The notes under the pieces: model-generated
The model's database searches: none
Told to the model about the DNA's origin: nothing
What the model saw: the letters and a program-made list of their open reading frames with translations, nothing else
Shown here: one piece after another, positions 8,135-18,001 of the stretch
Position numbering within the stretch: the stretch's first letter is position 1
Layout: each line of letters starts with the position of its first letter
Source: an uncultured Gammaproteobacteria bacterium
GTDB lineage: Bacteria; Patescibacteriota; Patescibacteriia; Magasanikbacterales; GWA2-37-8
DNA length: 64,000 bases
Assembly: GCA_964465205.1 (NCBI GenBank)
Contig: CAYXJO010000005.1
Coordinates: forward strand, 4,552-68,551
Direction: 5' to 3'
Translations under genes and position numbers: made by a program

Positions 8135-8182
8135 GGTCGTGTGCCAATCCCAATCGGATTGACACACGACCAATTCCTTTTT
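8135..8182 (+). terminator. Nested hairpin GGTCGTGTG...CACACGACC followed by AATTCCTTTTT
   Basis: 9-bp outer stem enclosing an inner CAATCC/GGATTG palindrome, then a T-run. Lies directly after the GC-rich ORF. Confidence 0.5.
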
Positions 8183-8219
8183 AAAATATGTTAAATGGCC
8201 GTTACTTATTTAGATAATT

Positions 8220-9293
8220 ATGGCAAACGAAATTTTGTCCTTAGCTCAAAAATTAATTTCTATCAGATCAATCGCTGGGAATCATAAAGCACTTCGGCAA
8301 GTTTTAAATTTAGTATTATCAAAATTGAACAATTACACAATTGAGAATTTTGAGAACAATGGTATACCCAGTGCTTTGGTTTATAACACTCCGGTTCGTC
8401 CGGAAAAATTTAAAATTATTTTGAATGCGCACTTGGATGTAATACCAGGTAAAGAAGAACAATACTTGCCGCGAGTAGAAGGCGATAAGTTGTTTGGCGT
8501 TGGTGCTATGGACATGAAAGCCAATGCCGCTTGTATAATTATGGCGTTTAGTGAGTTAGCCAAGGATTTGTCATACCCAATCGCTTTACAATTAACCACT
8601 GATGAAGAAATTGGCGGCTTTGATGGCACCAAATACCAAATTGAGCAGGGGATAAGAGGGGATTTTGTGCTAACTAGTGAACCTACCAATTTCGATATTG
8701 TCCACGAAGCCAAAGGGATTCTGTGGTTAAAAATTTCTACCAAAGGCACAACTGCGCACGGTGCTTATCCTTGGAAAGGGCAAAATGCTATTTGGGATAT
8801 ACAGGATTTTTTAAATAAATTGAAAAAAGCATATCCCGTACCCGTAAATGAAAGTTGGTGCACTACGGTTAATTTGAGCCAAATTGGTTCCACCAATAAT
8901 GTTTATAACAAAATTCCAGCTGATTGTTGGGTGGGGTTGGATGTGCGTTTTATAGAGAATGATGGACGAGAGGTTTTGGAAACTATTAAAAATCTTTTGC
9001 CGGTTGGTGCTAGTATGGAAGTGCTTGCCAACGAACCTTCGCTACACACGGCTGCAAGCGACAATCAATTGCAATTATTAAAAAATATCGGCAGTAAAAT
9101 TTTAAGCAGAGAAATAGTCTTGCGTGGTGCCAATGGTAGTTCTGATGCGCGTCATTACGCACAGGTTGGTGGTGCCGGGATAGAATTCGGCCCGGTCGGC
9201 GGAAATATTGGTGCCGATGATGAGTGGGTTAGTATTTCGTCTTTAAATGAGTATTATCAAATTATTAAGAAGTTTTTGTTAGGTATAAATTAA
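8220..9293 (+). CDS. M20 family metallopeptidase (ArgE/DapE/acetylornithine deacetylase-like)
   Basis: NAHLDVIPG...GVGAMDMKA matches the M20 metal-binding motifs. Confidence 0.7.
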   Translation: MANEILSLAQKLISIRSIAGNHKALRQVLNLVLSKLNNYTIENFENNGIPSALVYNTPVRPEKFKIILNAHLDVIPGKEEQYLPRVEGDKLFGVGAMDMKANAACIIMAFSELAKDLSYPIALQLTTDEEIGGFDGTKYQIEQGIRGDFVLTSEPTNFDIVHEAKGILWLKISTKGTTAHGAYPWKGQNAIWDIQDFLNKLKKAYPVPVNESWCTTVNLSQIGSTNNVYNKIPADCWVGLDVRFIENDGREVLETIKNLLPVGASMEVLANEPSLHTAASDNQLQLLKNIGSKILSREIVLRGANGSSDARHYAQVGGAGIEFGPVGGNIGADDEWVSISSLNEYYQIIKKFLLGIN

Positions 9294-9360
9294 TACAATA
9301 TCGCAATTGCCCTATCTTCAGGAACGTGTACATAGTTAGGAAATTTTGTTATGATATCTG

Positions 9361-10158
9361 TTGTTAGATTTTTTTTATTTTTTTATGTCCATATTGCACG
9401 CCGTAATTCTCGGCATTGTCGAAGGTATTACCGAATTTTTGCCAATTTCTTCCACCGGCCACATGATTTTGGCCGGCGAAATATTGAAAATTCCTTCGAC
9501 CGAATTTGTCAAAAGTTTTGAGATCGTAATTCAGCTGGGGGCCATTTTGGCAATAGTGGTGTTGTATTTCCGCACCCTTACCACCAATTGGGCCGCATTA
9601 AAAAAAGTAGCGGCCGCTTTTATTCCAACTACAATTGTGGGGCTAATACTATACAAAATAGTTAAGCAATTTTTGTTAGGCAATGCGATGGTGGTAGTAT
9701 GGGCGCTCGTGATTGGTGGTATTGTTCTGATTGTTTTTGAAAAAACGTATCGAGAAAAAGATTCGGCCACGGTAGAGGTGGGCAAAATCAGTTATAGGCA
9801 AGCGGTAATAATAGGACTATGCCAATGTTTGGCCATGATCCCGGGGGTGTCGCGAAGCGCAGCTACCATTGTAGGTGGTTTGGCACTGGGTCTACGTCGT
9901 CAAACCATTGTAGATTTTTCTTTTTTACTTGCAGTACCCACTATGCTGGCGGCCGGGGCTTTGGATATTTACAAATCCGCCGATAGTTTTGTGGGGACTG
10001 ATTGGTTACCGCTCGTGGTCGGATTTGTAGTGTCGTTTGTGGTGGCGCTCGGGGTGGTAAAATGGTTGCTCAAATTTATTCAGAAAAATAACTTTGTTGG
10101 CTTCGGTATTTACCGCATCATTATCGGTGTGGTTTTTTGGTTGTTTATTTTGCGATAA
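9361..10158 (+). CDS. uppP: Undecaprenyl-diphosphatase (UppP/BacA)
   Basis: GIVEGITEFLPISSTGHMIL is the conserved UppP N-terminal motif. Polytopic membrane protein. Confidence 0.8.
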   Translation: MLDFFYFFMSILHAVILGIVEGITEFLPISSTGHMILAGEILKIPSTEFVKSFEIVIQLGAILAIVVLYFRTLTTNWAALKKVAAAFIPTTIVGLILYKIVKQFLLGNAMVVVWALVIGGIVLIVFEKTYREKDSATVEVGKISYRQAVIIGLCQCLAMIPGVSRSAATIVGGLALGLRRQTIVDFSFLLAVPTMLAAGALDIYKSADSFVGTDWLPLVVGFVVSFVVALGVVKWLLKFIQKNNFVGFGIYRIIIGVVFWLFILR

Positions 10159-10215
10159 AATAAAATATCCGCCAGAGCGTGCGCTTGGCGGAATTGGTAT
10201 CGGCAAAGTATGGGT

Positions 10216-10800
10216 CTAAGACCCAAACTCACTTCCTTTCCATTTTTTGGTGGACAAATAGTAGGTCCTCTTTCCGTCAGGAATAGGACCTGTGATATCG
10301 TTTGCGTGTTGGTTGGTGTAATCCACATGAAACAACACTGGCACTTTATGCCGAGGGAATTCTCCCTTGAGAATTTCTTTGGCTCGCATCGTCATGTTGA
10401 GCACCAGCACCAAATCCATTTTGTTGTGAGTGGCGGCTCCACAAGGAGCATGTGCCACGAGCACGATGGTCCGATCCAGCCCCTTCAACAACAGTGCGTC
10501 GCGAATGTTTTTGATTGCGACAGCACTTTGCTGTATTTCCGAATTGAGTACGGACTCAGGTGGTATCACCAATGGACCCCCGTTTAGTCCCGGGGTGTGG
10601 TGCAGACGAACAGAGCCCCGTTGGCCCAGGCCACTCAAGAACCCACGGCTATCCGGGGTTTGGTCACAGTCTGGGCAGTCGCAGACGACCGCCCCTTGGG
10701 CCAGCTCTATTGAGTTTTCCTGTACATCGTTTAGAATGCCTGCTTCTCGCAGGCGTCTGATCAGGACCAGTTGGTCCTGTGGTATCACGAGTTTGGCCAT
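10216..10800 (-). CDS. GC-rich ORFan (about 194 aa from MAKLVIPQ..., strong GGAGGG RBS)
   Basis: Local GC is clearly elevated. Contains CDCPDCD and VLVAHAPCGAATH motifs (possible metal/thiol site). No family recognised. Confidence 0.4.
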   Translation of the reverse strand: MAKLVIPQDQLVLIRRLREAGILNDVQENSIELAQGAVVCDCPDCDQTPDSRGFLSGLGQRGSVRLHHTPGLNGGPLVIPPESVLNSEIQQSAVAIKNIRDALLLKGLDRTIVLVAHAPCGAATHNKMDLVLVLNMTMRAKEILKGEFPRHKVPVLFHVDYTNQHANDITGPIPDGKRTYYLSTKKWKGSEFGS

Positions 10801-10935
10801 AATGAGCCCTCCATTTCGCCGATTCCGTCGGCTACGGTGTCCGTGTTGTATGGACATGTGTAAAAGATAGGTCAAAGAACTGTATTGGGCACCATTTTAG
10901 CACTATATTATTATAATGTCAATACTTTTTTGTTT

Positions 10936-10964
10936 TGACGCTATGGGCATAAGTTTGTATAATG
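10936..10964 (+). promoter_or_regulatory. Promoter TTGACG-17-TATAAT upstream of the nucleotidyltransferase gene
   Basis: ttgacgctatgggcataagtttgtataat. Confidence 0.5.
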
Positions 10965-10971
10965 ACCGTAT

Positions 10972-11799
10972 ATGTTGGATCAAGAAAGTGTGATCAATAT
11001 TCACCGTCAATTGCAAGCTGTTTATCTTCACGGCGATGTTTTGCTTTGTGGTAGTTATTTATCCGGCGAAGCCGGTGAAGACAGTGATTTGGATTTTACT
11101 CTTTTAACAGATAATTTTCGTTATTTTAATTTTTATCGTCGTCACAAAGAATTAATTTCGCAGATTAAATTACAAAACCCCAAAATAAGTTTAGCAATTT
11201 GGCCCAGGTGGTACTGCGCACTTGGTTGGCATTATGTATATGGTCGCAATTTGGCCGGTAAAATTTTTACTAGTCCATTGCGCAAGAAATTTGTTATTTG
11301 CACCGGTTTGAAATTGGCTTTTTTTTACTGGTTGAAATTCAGTGTTACGAAAAACGCGAAATATTTGATCCAGTCCGCTCGACAAATAGCGGCGGTACAG
11401 GTGGTAGCCAATTTAGCGGCTCACGATTTGGGTTTAGATTTTTCGCGTAAGTTTATCAATGATCATACACATTTATTGATGCCGCAGAGCACAGATGTCT
11501 TAATTCGAATTATCAATTCCCCTCCGGATTATGCACCGGGATCGGGCGATAGTTACTCGGTTTTACAAATTATTCAAGATACTTATAGACAACTACGGAG
11601 TTACTTTAGTTTTTCACCGGCCAACTATTTGTTGTACAATTTTAAATTTTTAATGCGTGGCTCAATCGAATTTGTTTTTAGAAATCCCGATAAATATTTG
11701 ATTAACATAATTGCCGGCGCCACACAAGCGGACCAGAAAGAGCGAGAGCGAATTTATCAACATCTAAATATTGTCATCTTTCCCATTATTGTGATATAA
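10972..11799 (+). CDS. Pol-beta superfamily nucleotidyltransferase domain protein with C-terminal extension
   Basis: GSYLSGEAGEDSDLDFTLL matches the minimal NTase G-S-x9-D-x-D motif. Confidence 0.5.
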   Translation: MLDQESVINIHRQLQAVYLHGDVLLCGSYLSGEAGEDSDLDFTLLTDNFRYFNFYRRHKELISQIKLQNPKISLAIWPRWYCALGWHYVYGRNLAGKIFTSPLRKKFVICTGLKLAFFYWLKFSVTKNAKYLIQSARQIAAVQVVANLAAHDLGLDFSRKFINDHTHLLMPQSTDVLIRIINSPPDYAPGSGDSYSVLQIIQDTYRQLRSYFSFSPANYLLYNFKFLMRGSIEFVFRNPDKYLINIIAGATQADQKERERIYQHLNIVIFPIIVI

Positions 11800-11879
11800 T
11801 CTTCCCACAGTTGACAAATTACCGCGGATATCATACTATATTAGTATTAGATTATTTTCTTAATTTTTGTTTATTGTCT

Positions 11880-12113
11880 ATGTCGCGTCAGATTACCATT
11901 TATTCCACACCGACTTGCCCATATTGTCATATGGCCAAAGATTTTTTTACCAAAAACGGCTTGGAATTTACCGATTATAATGTGATGGCGGATCAATCCA
12001 AAGCCCAGGAGATGGTAGAGAAATCCGGTCAAATGGGAGTACCGGTGATAGAAATTGACGGTAGAATTGTGGTAGGATTTAATCAGCCAGAAATTGAAAA
12101 GTTGTTGAATTAA
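11880..12113 (+). CDS. Glutaredoxin/NrdH-like redoxin
   Basis: ITIYSTPTCPYCHMAK (CPYC active site); 77 aa from M at 11880. Confidence 0.7.
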   Translation: MSRQITIYSTPTCPYCHMAKDFFTKNGLEFTDYNVMADQSKAQEMVEKSGQMGVPVIEIDGRIVVGFNQPEIEKLLN

Positions 12114-12115
12114 TT

Positions 12116-12703
12116 ATGACTGAAATTATTTTTGATATTGAAACTCAAAATTCTTTTGCCGAAGTAAATAACGATTTTAAAAAATTGAAAGTTTCAGTCG
12201 TATCGATATACAATACCGCTACCGATACTTACCAAAGTTTTACCGAAGATGAGCTGGGGAAGCTATGGCCGATTTTGGAGCATGCCGATCGAATTATTGG
12301 CTACAATAGCGAACATTTTGACATTCCCGTGTTGGGAAATTATTATTTGGGAGATTTATTTTCTATTCCGCACTTAGATATTATGAAAGTGGTCAAGGAT
12401 AGTCTAGGAGTGCGACTCAAATTGGCAGATTTGGCCGAAGCGACACTGGATGACGTAAATAAAAGTGCCGATGGTTTGCAGGCAATTCGTTGGTGGAAAG
12501 AAGGCAAAATTGATGAAATCAAGAAATATTGCGAACAAGATGTACGCGTCACCAAAGAGATTTATGATTTTGGTCGCAACAACAAGCAGTTATTTTATAA
12601 AAATTTTAAAGGTGAAGTAGTGCCTTTTGCGGTGAATTTTGATCCGCCCGCATCAAGCCAGCAAGTATCAGCTAAAAAAATTAATTTAACCCTACCGTTT
12701 TGA
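12116..12703 (+). CDS. DEDD-type 3-prime-5-prime exonuclease (DnaQ/RNase T-like)
   Basis: IIFDIETQ (Exo I motif DxE) and YNSEHFDIPVL (Exo II). Confidence 0.55.
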   Translation: MTEIIFDIETQNSFAEVNNDFKKLKVSVVSIYNTATDTYQSFTEDELGKLWPILEHADRIIGYNSEHFDIPVLGNYYLGDLFSIPHLDIMKVVKDSLGVRLKLADLAEATLDDVNKSADGLQAIRWWKEGKIDEIKKYCEQDVRVTKEIYDFGRNNKQLFYKNFKGEVVPFAVNFDPPASSQQVSAKKINLTLPF

Positions 12704-12704
12704 T

Positions 12705-13094
12705 ATGTTATCTTTTCGCCGTGAGACCGAATATGCCGTACAGCTATTGCGCTGTTTGGCCCTATCCAAAACCGAAAAGAGCTTGAAAGAAATTTCTGGC
12801 GAAATTGGTGTGTCTTTCCTTTTTTTACAAAAAATCGCTCGTAAATTAAGAGTAGCGAATTTGATTTCCGCCGAAAAGGGCGCGAGTGGAGGTTATCATT
12901 TAGAGGTGGCTCCCAAAAAATTGAGTTTACGTAAAATTATCGCCGTTACCGAAGCGGATTGTGCGCTTTTGCCTTGCTGTGACTCGAAATACCAATGTCA
13001 CAAAAGTAAAAGTTGCGCACTTAAGGGTAAAGTTTCAAAAGTGAATCTGGAATTAAATAAGATGTTGGATAAAATTAAATTGTCCGATTTGTAA
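12705..13094 (+). CDS. Rrf2-family transcriptional regulator (IscR-like)
   Basis: N-terminal winged-helix typical of Rrf2 (TEYAVQLLRCLA...LKEISGEIGVS) and a C-terminal Cys cluster. Lies immediately upstream of nifS-nifU. Confidence 0.65.
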   Translation: MLSFRRETEYAVQLLRCLALSKTEKSLKEISGEIGVSFLFLQKIARKLRVANLISAEKGASGGYHLEVAPKKLSLRKIIAVTEADCALLPCCDSKYQCHKSKSCALKGKVSKVNLELNKMLDKIKLSDL

Positions 13095-13096
13095 TT

Positions 13097-14338
13097 ATGT
13101 TAGTCAAGCCAAAAAAAGTTAGAAAAATATATCTGGATCATGCCGCCACCACTCCAATGGACCCGCGTGTTTTGACTGCTATGAAGCCATATTTTACTGA
13201 TAAATTTGGCAACCCATCATCTTTGTACGCGTTGGGGCGTGAATCTAATGGAGCGATAAATGACGCCCGCCGCCTAGTGGCTCAACTCATGCATGCTTTG
13301 CCGGATAATATTGTTTTTACCGGTGGCGGTACCGAATCAGACAATCTGGCAATTTATGGAATCGCGCGCGCCCACGAACAGCAGGGTAGACATATCATAT
13401 CTACCCCCATCGAACATCATGCAGTTTTACATGCTCTGGATGATTTGAAAAAACAAGGTTGGGAAATTACTTTTGTTAAAGTGGACAAAGATGGACTAGT
13501 GAATCCGGCCGATGTGATGGCCGCTATCCGTCCGGATACGGTTTTAGTTTCGGTGATGTACGCCAACAATGAGGTTGGCACAGTGGAACCAATCGCCGAT
13601 ATTGGTAGAGAAATTTTGAAATATCGCAAATCCAACAATACTATTTATCCGTTTTTCCATTCCGATGCCTGTCAGGCGGCCGGCTATTTGGATTTGGATG
13701 TAGAGAAATTACATGTTGATTTACTGGCTATAAATGGTAGTAAGATTTACGGACCAAAAGGAGTGGGAGTATTGTATGTACGCCGTGGGGTAAAAATAAA
13801 ACCATTACTAGTGGGTGGAGCACAGGAGCGACGCTTGCGTGCCGGCACCGAGAATGTTCCCGGCATAGTTGGTTTGGCGAAAGCGTTGGAATTAGCACAA
13901 AGTAAAAAAGAAAAAGAATACGCGCGCGTACAAGCCCTGGTTAAATATTTTTGGCAGGAATTACAAAATAAAATTGTCAAAATAAAATTAAACGGTCCGC
14001 AAATTGGCGACAAGCGTTTGCCGAACAATTTAAATATTACTTTTTTGGATGTAGAAGGCGAAGCGATGTTGTTGTATTTGGATGAATACGGTGTGATGTG
14101 TTCCACCGGCTCGGCCTGCACCAGCGAATCTTTGGATCCTTCACATGTTTTGGCTGCAATTGGTTTGCCCTACGAATATGCGCATGGCAGTATTCGGTTT
14201 ACTTTTGGTCACAGCAACACCAAGACTGATGTGGATTATATTATGAAATATTTACCGGCGGTGATTCAGCAGTTGCGCGAGATGAGTCCGGTAAAAATCG
14301 GCGAACGCGATCATGCCAAATATATTGGAGTAAAATAA
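13097..14338 (+). CDS. Cysteine desulfurase (NifS/IscS, class V aminotransferase)
   Basis: IYLDHAATTP..., SLYALGRES, and active-site cysteine context SACTS. Confidence 0.8.
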   Translation: MLVKPKKVRKIYLDHAATTPMDPRVLTAMKPYFTDKFGNPSSLYALGRESNGAINDARRLVAQLMHALPDNIVFTGGGTESDNLAIYGIARAHEQQGRHIISTPIEHHAVLHALDDLKKQGWEITFVKVDKDGLVNPADVMAAIRPDTVLVSVMYANNEVGTVEPIADIGREILKYRKSNNTIYPFFHSDACQAAGYLDLDVEKLHVDLLAINGSKIYGPKGVGVLYVRRGVKIKPLLVGGAQERRLRAGTENVPGIVGLAKALELAQSKKEKEYARVQALVKYFWQELQNKIVKIKLNGPQIGDKRLPNNLNITFLDVEGEAMLLYLDEYGVMCSTGSACTSESLDPSHVLAAIGLPYEYAHGSIRFTFGHSNTKTDVDYIMKYLPAVIQQLREMSPVKIGERDHAKYIGVK

Positions 14339-14339
14339 T

Positions 14340-15020
14340 ATGCCAAGAAAATCTATAAAAAAATCCAATTTGAAGGATCCGGTAGATATTCGTAGTACCG
14401 GCGGCGAGGGTTGGTTGTATTCCGAAATTGTGAAGGATCATTTTTTCAATCCACGCAATTTCATGCATTATGGTGAAGAAGAAAAGTTTAAATTTAATGG
14501 TCTGGGGAGAGTTGGTTCTCCGGCTTGTGGTGATGAAATGGTGTTGTGGATACAGATAGATCCCAAAACTGATAAAATTAAAGATTGCCGTTGGCGCACT
14601 TTTGGTTGTGGTAGCGCCATTGCCAGCACCAGCGTGCTCTCAGAGATGCTGATTGAGAAGGGCGGTATGAATGTCGATAAAGCTCTCAAAATACGTCCAC
14701 AGGACATTTTGGAACGCTTGGGAGGCCTTCCAGACCGCAAGATCCATTGTTCAGTATTAGGAGATAAAGCCTTGCAGGCGGCTATCAATGACTACTTTCG
14801 CAATACCAACCAACACAGCCGAGTAGTCACTACTGGATCGAAAATTATTGACAAAGACTTGAATATTACCGATCACGATATCGAAGAAGCGGTGCTCGAA
14901 GGTGCGCAAACTTTGGAAGACTTGCAGAGAAAATTAAAAATTGGAGTATTTGATACAAGTACAATTCCGGCAATTGAAGAGTTGTTGCGATTTTATCAAG
15001 AAAAATATTACGGCGTGTAA
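14340..15020 (+). CDS. Fe-S cluster scaffold NifU/IscU-like with C-terminal extension
   Basis: GSPACGDEM...FGCGSAIASTS...KIHCSVLGDKALQAAINDY matches the three conserved Cys motifs of IscU. Confidence 0.75.
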   Translation: MPRKSIKKSNLKDPVDIRSTGGEGWLYSEIVKDHFFNPRNFMHYGEEEKFKFNGLGRVGSPACGDEMVLWIQIDPKTDKIKDCRWRTFGCGSAIASTSVLSEMLIEKGGMNVDKALKIRPQDILERLGGLPDRKIHCSVLGDKALQAAINDYFRNTNQHSRVVTTGSKIIDKDLNITDHDIEEAVLEGAQTLEDLQRKLKIGVFDTSTIPAIEELLRFYQEKYYGV

Positions 15021-15059
15021 TTGAAAAAAATCAGTCAATTATTTTTTTAAATATTTTTT

Positions 15060-15245
15060 ATGAAAAAAGTAGTCGTCGACAAGGAGAAGTGTATTGGCTG
15101 TGGCACCTGCCCGGCGCTATGCCCGAATGTGTTCAAGATGGACGAAGATGGAAAAGCGACAGTGTATAACGAGCAAGGAGATACACCGGAAAATATTAAA
15201 ATGGCAGCCGATAGTTGCCCGGTCCAAGCGATTATTATTGAATAA
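15060..15245 (+). CDS. 4Fe-4S ferredoxin (61 aa)
   Basis: CIGCGTCPALCP ... CPVQAI. Confidence 0.7.
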   Translation: MKKVVVDKEKCIGCGTCPALCPNVFKMDEDGKATVYNEQGDTPENIKMAADSCPVQAIIIE

Positions 15246-15260
15246 ATAAAAAGAAAATTT

Positions 15261-15298
15261 AGGCCGACCCGTTATAGGGTCGGCCTTTTGCTTTTTTT
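15261..15298 (+). terminator. Rho-independent terminator AGGCCGACCC-gttata-GGGTCGGCCT + TTTGCTTTTTTT
   Basis: Perfect 10-bp GC stem followed by a T-run. Confidence 0.8.
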
Positions 15299-15322
15299 GG
15301 GCTTTTTTGATAAAATAAACAT

Positions 15323-15997
15323 ATGGAAAATTACGGAAAAATACATATTGTTGCCACTCCGATTGGCAATTTTGGTGATATTACTTTGCGCGCACTCGAA
15401 GTGTTAAAAAGCGTCGATTTTGTATTATGTGAGGATACACGCGAAGGTGGAAAATTATTAGCGCATTACGACATTAAAAAGTCGCTAATAAGCTATCACC
15501 AGCATAGTGATGCCAAAAAAATGCAAGAAATTGTCGGGCTATTAGAGCAGGGTAAAAATTTGGCATTGATTACTGATGCCGGCACGCCGGGGATATCTGA
15601 TCCGGGCGGATTGCTGGTGGCGCAAATTATCAAAAAATTACCACAAGTGGAAATTGTATCTGTGCCGGGGGCGTGTGCGGCTATTGCGGCATTGTCAATA
15701 TCCGGCTTGCCTACTGACAGATTTATTTTTATGGGTTTTCCGCCACATAAAAACAAGCGTCAGAAATTTTTCAAAGAAGTCGCTGCGACGGAGGGTACTG
15801 TGGTATTCTATGAATCCGGGCATCGAATCAAGAAATGTTTGAGTGAACTAGCGACTGTTTTGTCTGACACGGCTCGTATGGCGGTGGCGCGCGAAATTAC
15901 CAAGTTACACGAGACTGTTTATCGTGGCACAATTTCAGAAATTTTAAATCAAAATATTGACGAAAGAGGGGAGTTTGTAGTCGTTGTTAATTGTTAA
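15323..15997 (+). CDS. rsmI: 16S rRNA (cytidine1402-2-prime-O)-methyltransferase RsmI
   Basis: IVATPIGNFGDITLRALEVLK...LCEDTR...ITDAGTPGISDPG aligns with E. coli RsmI. Confidence 0.8.
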   Translation: MENYGKIHIVATPIGNFGDITLRALEVLKSVDFVLCEDTREGGKLLAHYDIKKSLISYHQHSDAKKMQEIVGLLEQGKNLALITDAGTPGISDPGGLLVAQIIKKLPQVEIVSVPGACAAIAALSISGLPTDRFIFMGFPPHKNKRQKFFKEVAATEGTVVFYESGHRIKKCLSELATVLSDTARMAVAREITKLHETVYRGTISEILNQNIDERGEFVVVVNC

Positions 15998-15999
15998 TT

Positions 16000-17511
16000 A
16001 TGTCTAAAAATAAATATTATCTCACTACTACGTTACCGTATGTAAATGCCAAACCTCATATTGGTTTTGCTTTGGAAATTATTCAGGCGGATGTTTTGGC
16101 GCGTTATCATATGTTGCGCGGCGCTGAAGTGGTTTTCAATACCGGCACCGATGAACATGGTGTCAAAATTTATCGTAAAGCCCAAGAAGAGGGTGTGGAC
16201 ACTCAGGCTTATTGCGATGAATATGCGGCCAAATTCGACGCGCTCAAATCTGCACTTAATTTATCTTACAATAAATTTATCCGCACTACCGATCCGCATC
16301 ATGTGGTGGCTGCTCAAGAGTTTTGGAAATTATGCGAACAACACGGCGATATTTACAAAAAGAAATACCAAGTGAAATATTGCGTGGGTTGTGAACTGGA
16401 AAAAACCGATTCCGAATTGGTAGATGGCAAATGTCCGGTGCACCCAAATCTGGAATTGGAATTAATCGATGAAGAAAATTATTTTTTTCGTTTTTCCAAA
16501 TACCAGCAAGCACTATTGGATCTATATGATAAAAATCCGGATTTCGTGATCCCAGACAATAGACAGCTGGAAATTCGGAATTTCGTAGCCAATGGTCTGC
16601 AAGATTTTTCTATTTCACGCGTGAAAGAAAAAATGCCCTGGGGCATACCGGTGCCGGGTGACGATGCCCAGGTGATGTATGTGTGGTTTGACGCGTTGGT
16701 TAATTATATATCCACTTTGGGGTGGCCCAACGATGCTCGCAGTTTTGCCGATTTTTGGCCGGGTATACAGGTAGCAGGTAAAGATAATTTACGCCAACAA
16801 AGTGCCATGTGGCAGGCGATGTTGTTGTCCGCACAATTGCCCACCAGTAAACAGATATTTATTCATGGATTTGTTACTTCGGGTGGACAAAAAATGAGTA
16901 AATCGCTCGGCAACGTGATTGATCCGTTTGAGGTAGTGGCCAAATACGGCACCGATGCCACCAGGTATTTTTTACTGGGCGCGATTCCGGCGCATGATGA
17001 TGGTGATGCCACTGATGAAAAAATCAAAGAATTTTACGGTGTACATCTTGCCAACGGTATTGGTAATTTAAACTCACGCATTATTACCATGATTGAAAAT
17101 TATTGCGGGGGAGTAGTGCCTGAAAGTTTTCTCAAAGCTGATATTGCCGGACCGATTTTGTGGCAACCTGGGTATGACATGTATTTAAAAAAATATCAAT
17201 TTGAATTAGTTGTGAATAGTGTGATGCGCTTAGTTAATTTTTGTGACGGTATTATATCCGAACAAAAACCCTGGGAAAAATACAAAAAAGGCGAAGATGT
17301 GTCCGGGTTGCTCTATCAACTTGCCGAAGCGTTGCGTCATATTGGTGTGGCGCTATTACCAATCATGCCGGATACAGCACAAAAAATATTAGCTCAATTT
17401 GGAATTAAAATTGATTATAATAATTTTGATTGGGAAAATGAAATAATTTGGGGCAAACTAACTACTGGAACCAAAGTCAATAAATGTGCGGCGCTTTTTC
17501 CGCGCATGTAA
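16000..17511 (+). CDS. metG: Methionyl-tRNA synthetase
   Basis: HIGFALE (HIGH motif), KMSKSLGN (KMSKS), zinc knuckle CVGCE...CPVH. ATG at 16000 is 2 nt after the rsmI stop. Confidence 0.85.
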   Translation: MSKNKYYLTTTLPYVNAKPHIGFALEIIQADVLARYHMLRGAEVVFNTGTDEHGVKIYRKAQEEGVDTQAYCDEYAAKFDALKSALNLSYNKFIRTTDPHHVVAAQEFWKLCEQHGDIYKKKYQVKYCVGCELEKTDSELVDGKCPVHPNLELELIDEENYFFRFSKYQQALLDLYDKNPDFVIPDNRQLEIRNFVANGLQDFSISRVKEKMPWGIPVPGDDAQVMYVWFDALVNYISTLGWPNDARSFADFWPGIQVAGKDNLRQQSAMWQAMLLSAQLPTSKQIFIHGFVTSGGQKMSKSLGNVIDPFEVVAKYGTDATRYFLLGAIPAHDDGDATDEKIKEFYGVHLANGIGNLNSRIITMIENYCGGVVPESFLKADIAGPILWQPGYDMYLKKYQFELVVNSVMRLVNFCDGIISEQKPWEKYKKGEDVSGLLYQLAEALRHIGVALLPIMPDTAQKILAQFGIKIDYNNFDWENEIIWGKLTTGTKVNKCAALFPRM

Positions 17512-17586
17512 TTGCGCTCTTTACAACTAAAGTGGGTGATGTTGCCCGCTTTTGCCGACCACACCCTTAACGAAAGGAGGTGTGAC

Positions 17587-17880
17587 ATGTGGTCGCATAT
17601 ACTCGATCGTTGTGTGCGGGAGATCCAGGTGGGTGGACCGGGAACAAAGCGATACCAGTTGGCGCTACTGGCATTGCGGCGGCGGCTTTTGGGTATGTTG
17701 TACAGCGTCCGGCGAAATAATTTGGAGCAGCAAATCGCCGTGCTGCGCACAGAGGTGGTAGAGTTGCGGGCCCAACAACAGCGATCGTATTCCTATGCAG
17801 TTGCCAATAGGATTCAGTCCAAGTTGTGGACGTGGCGCGCACTCGCCGAAGAATTGGAAGATCTTGTGTTTAAATTTTAA
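17587..17880 (+). CDS. GC-rich small coiled-coil ORFan (97 aa)
   Basis: AAGGAGG RBS 7 nt before the ATG. Elevated GC. LEQQIAVLRTEVVELRAQQQ heptad-like segment. Followed by an imperfect long hairpin plus a T-tract. Confidence 0.4.
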   Translation: MWSHILDRCVREIQVGGPGTKRYQLALLALRRRLLGMLYSVRRNNLEQQIAVLRTEVVELRAQQQRSYSYAVANRIQSKLWTWRALAEELEDLVFKF

Positions 17881-18001
17881 CGGAGGCGCTATGATAACAG
17901 CACATCCACTTCGGGGCGTTAAAACGTTTTTGGTCTTGGTTTTTACCAAACACGTTGCGCCCCCTTATTTGCTTTTTATTTATTATTAATTAGTTAGTTT
18001 T

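Noticed and set aside
6429-8165. Several long ORFs on both strands (6429-7220 -, 7422-8165 -, 7649-8077 + and others) overlapping the 461-aa GC-rich gene
   Set aside because: Typical stop-codon-poor shadow frames of GC-rich DNA. Arg/Pro/Gly-rich with no RBS. The 6726-8111 frame is the only one with an SD and sensible composition.
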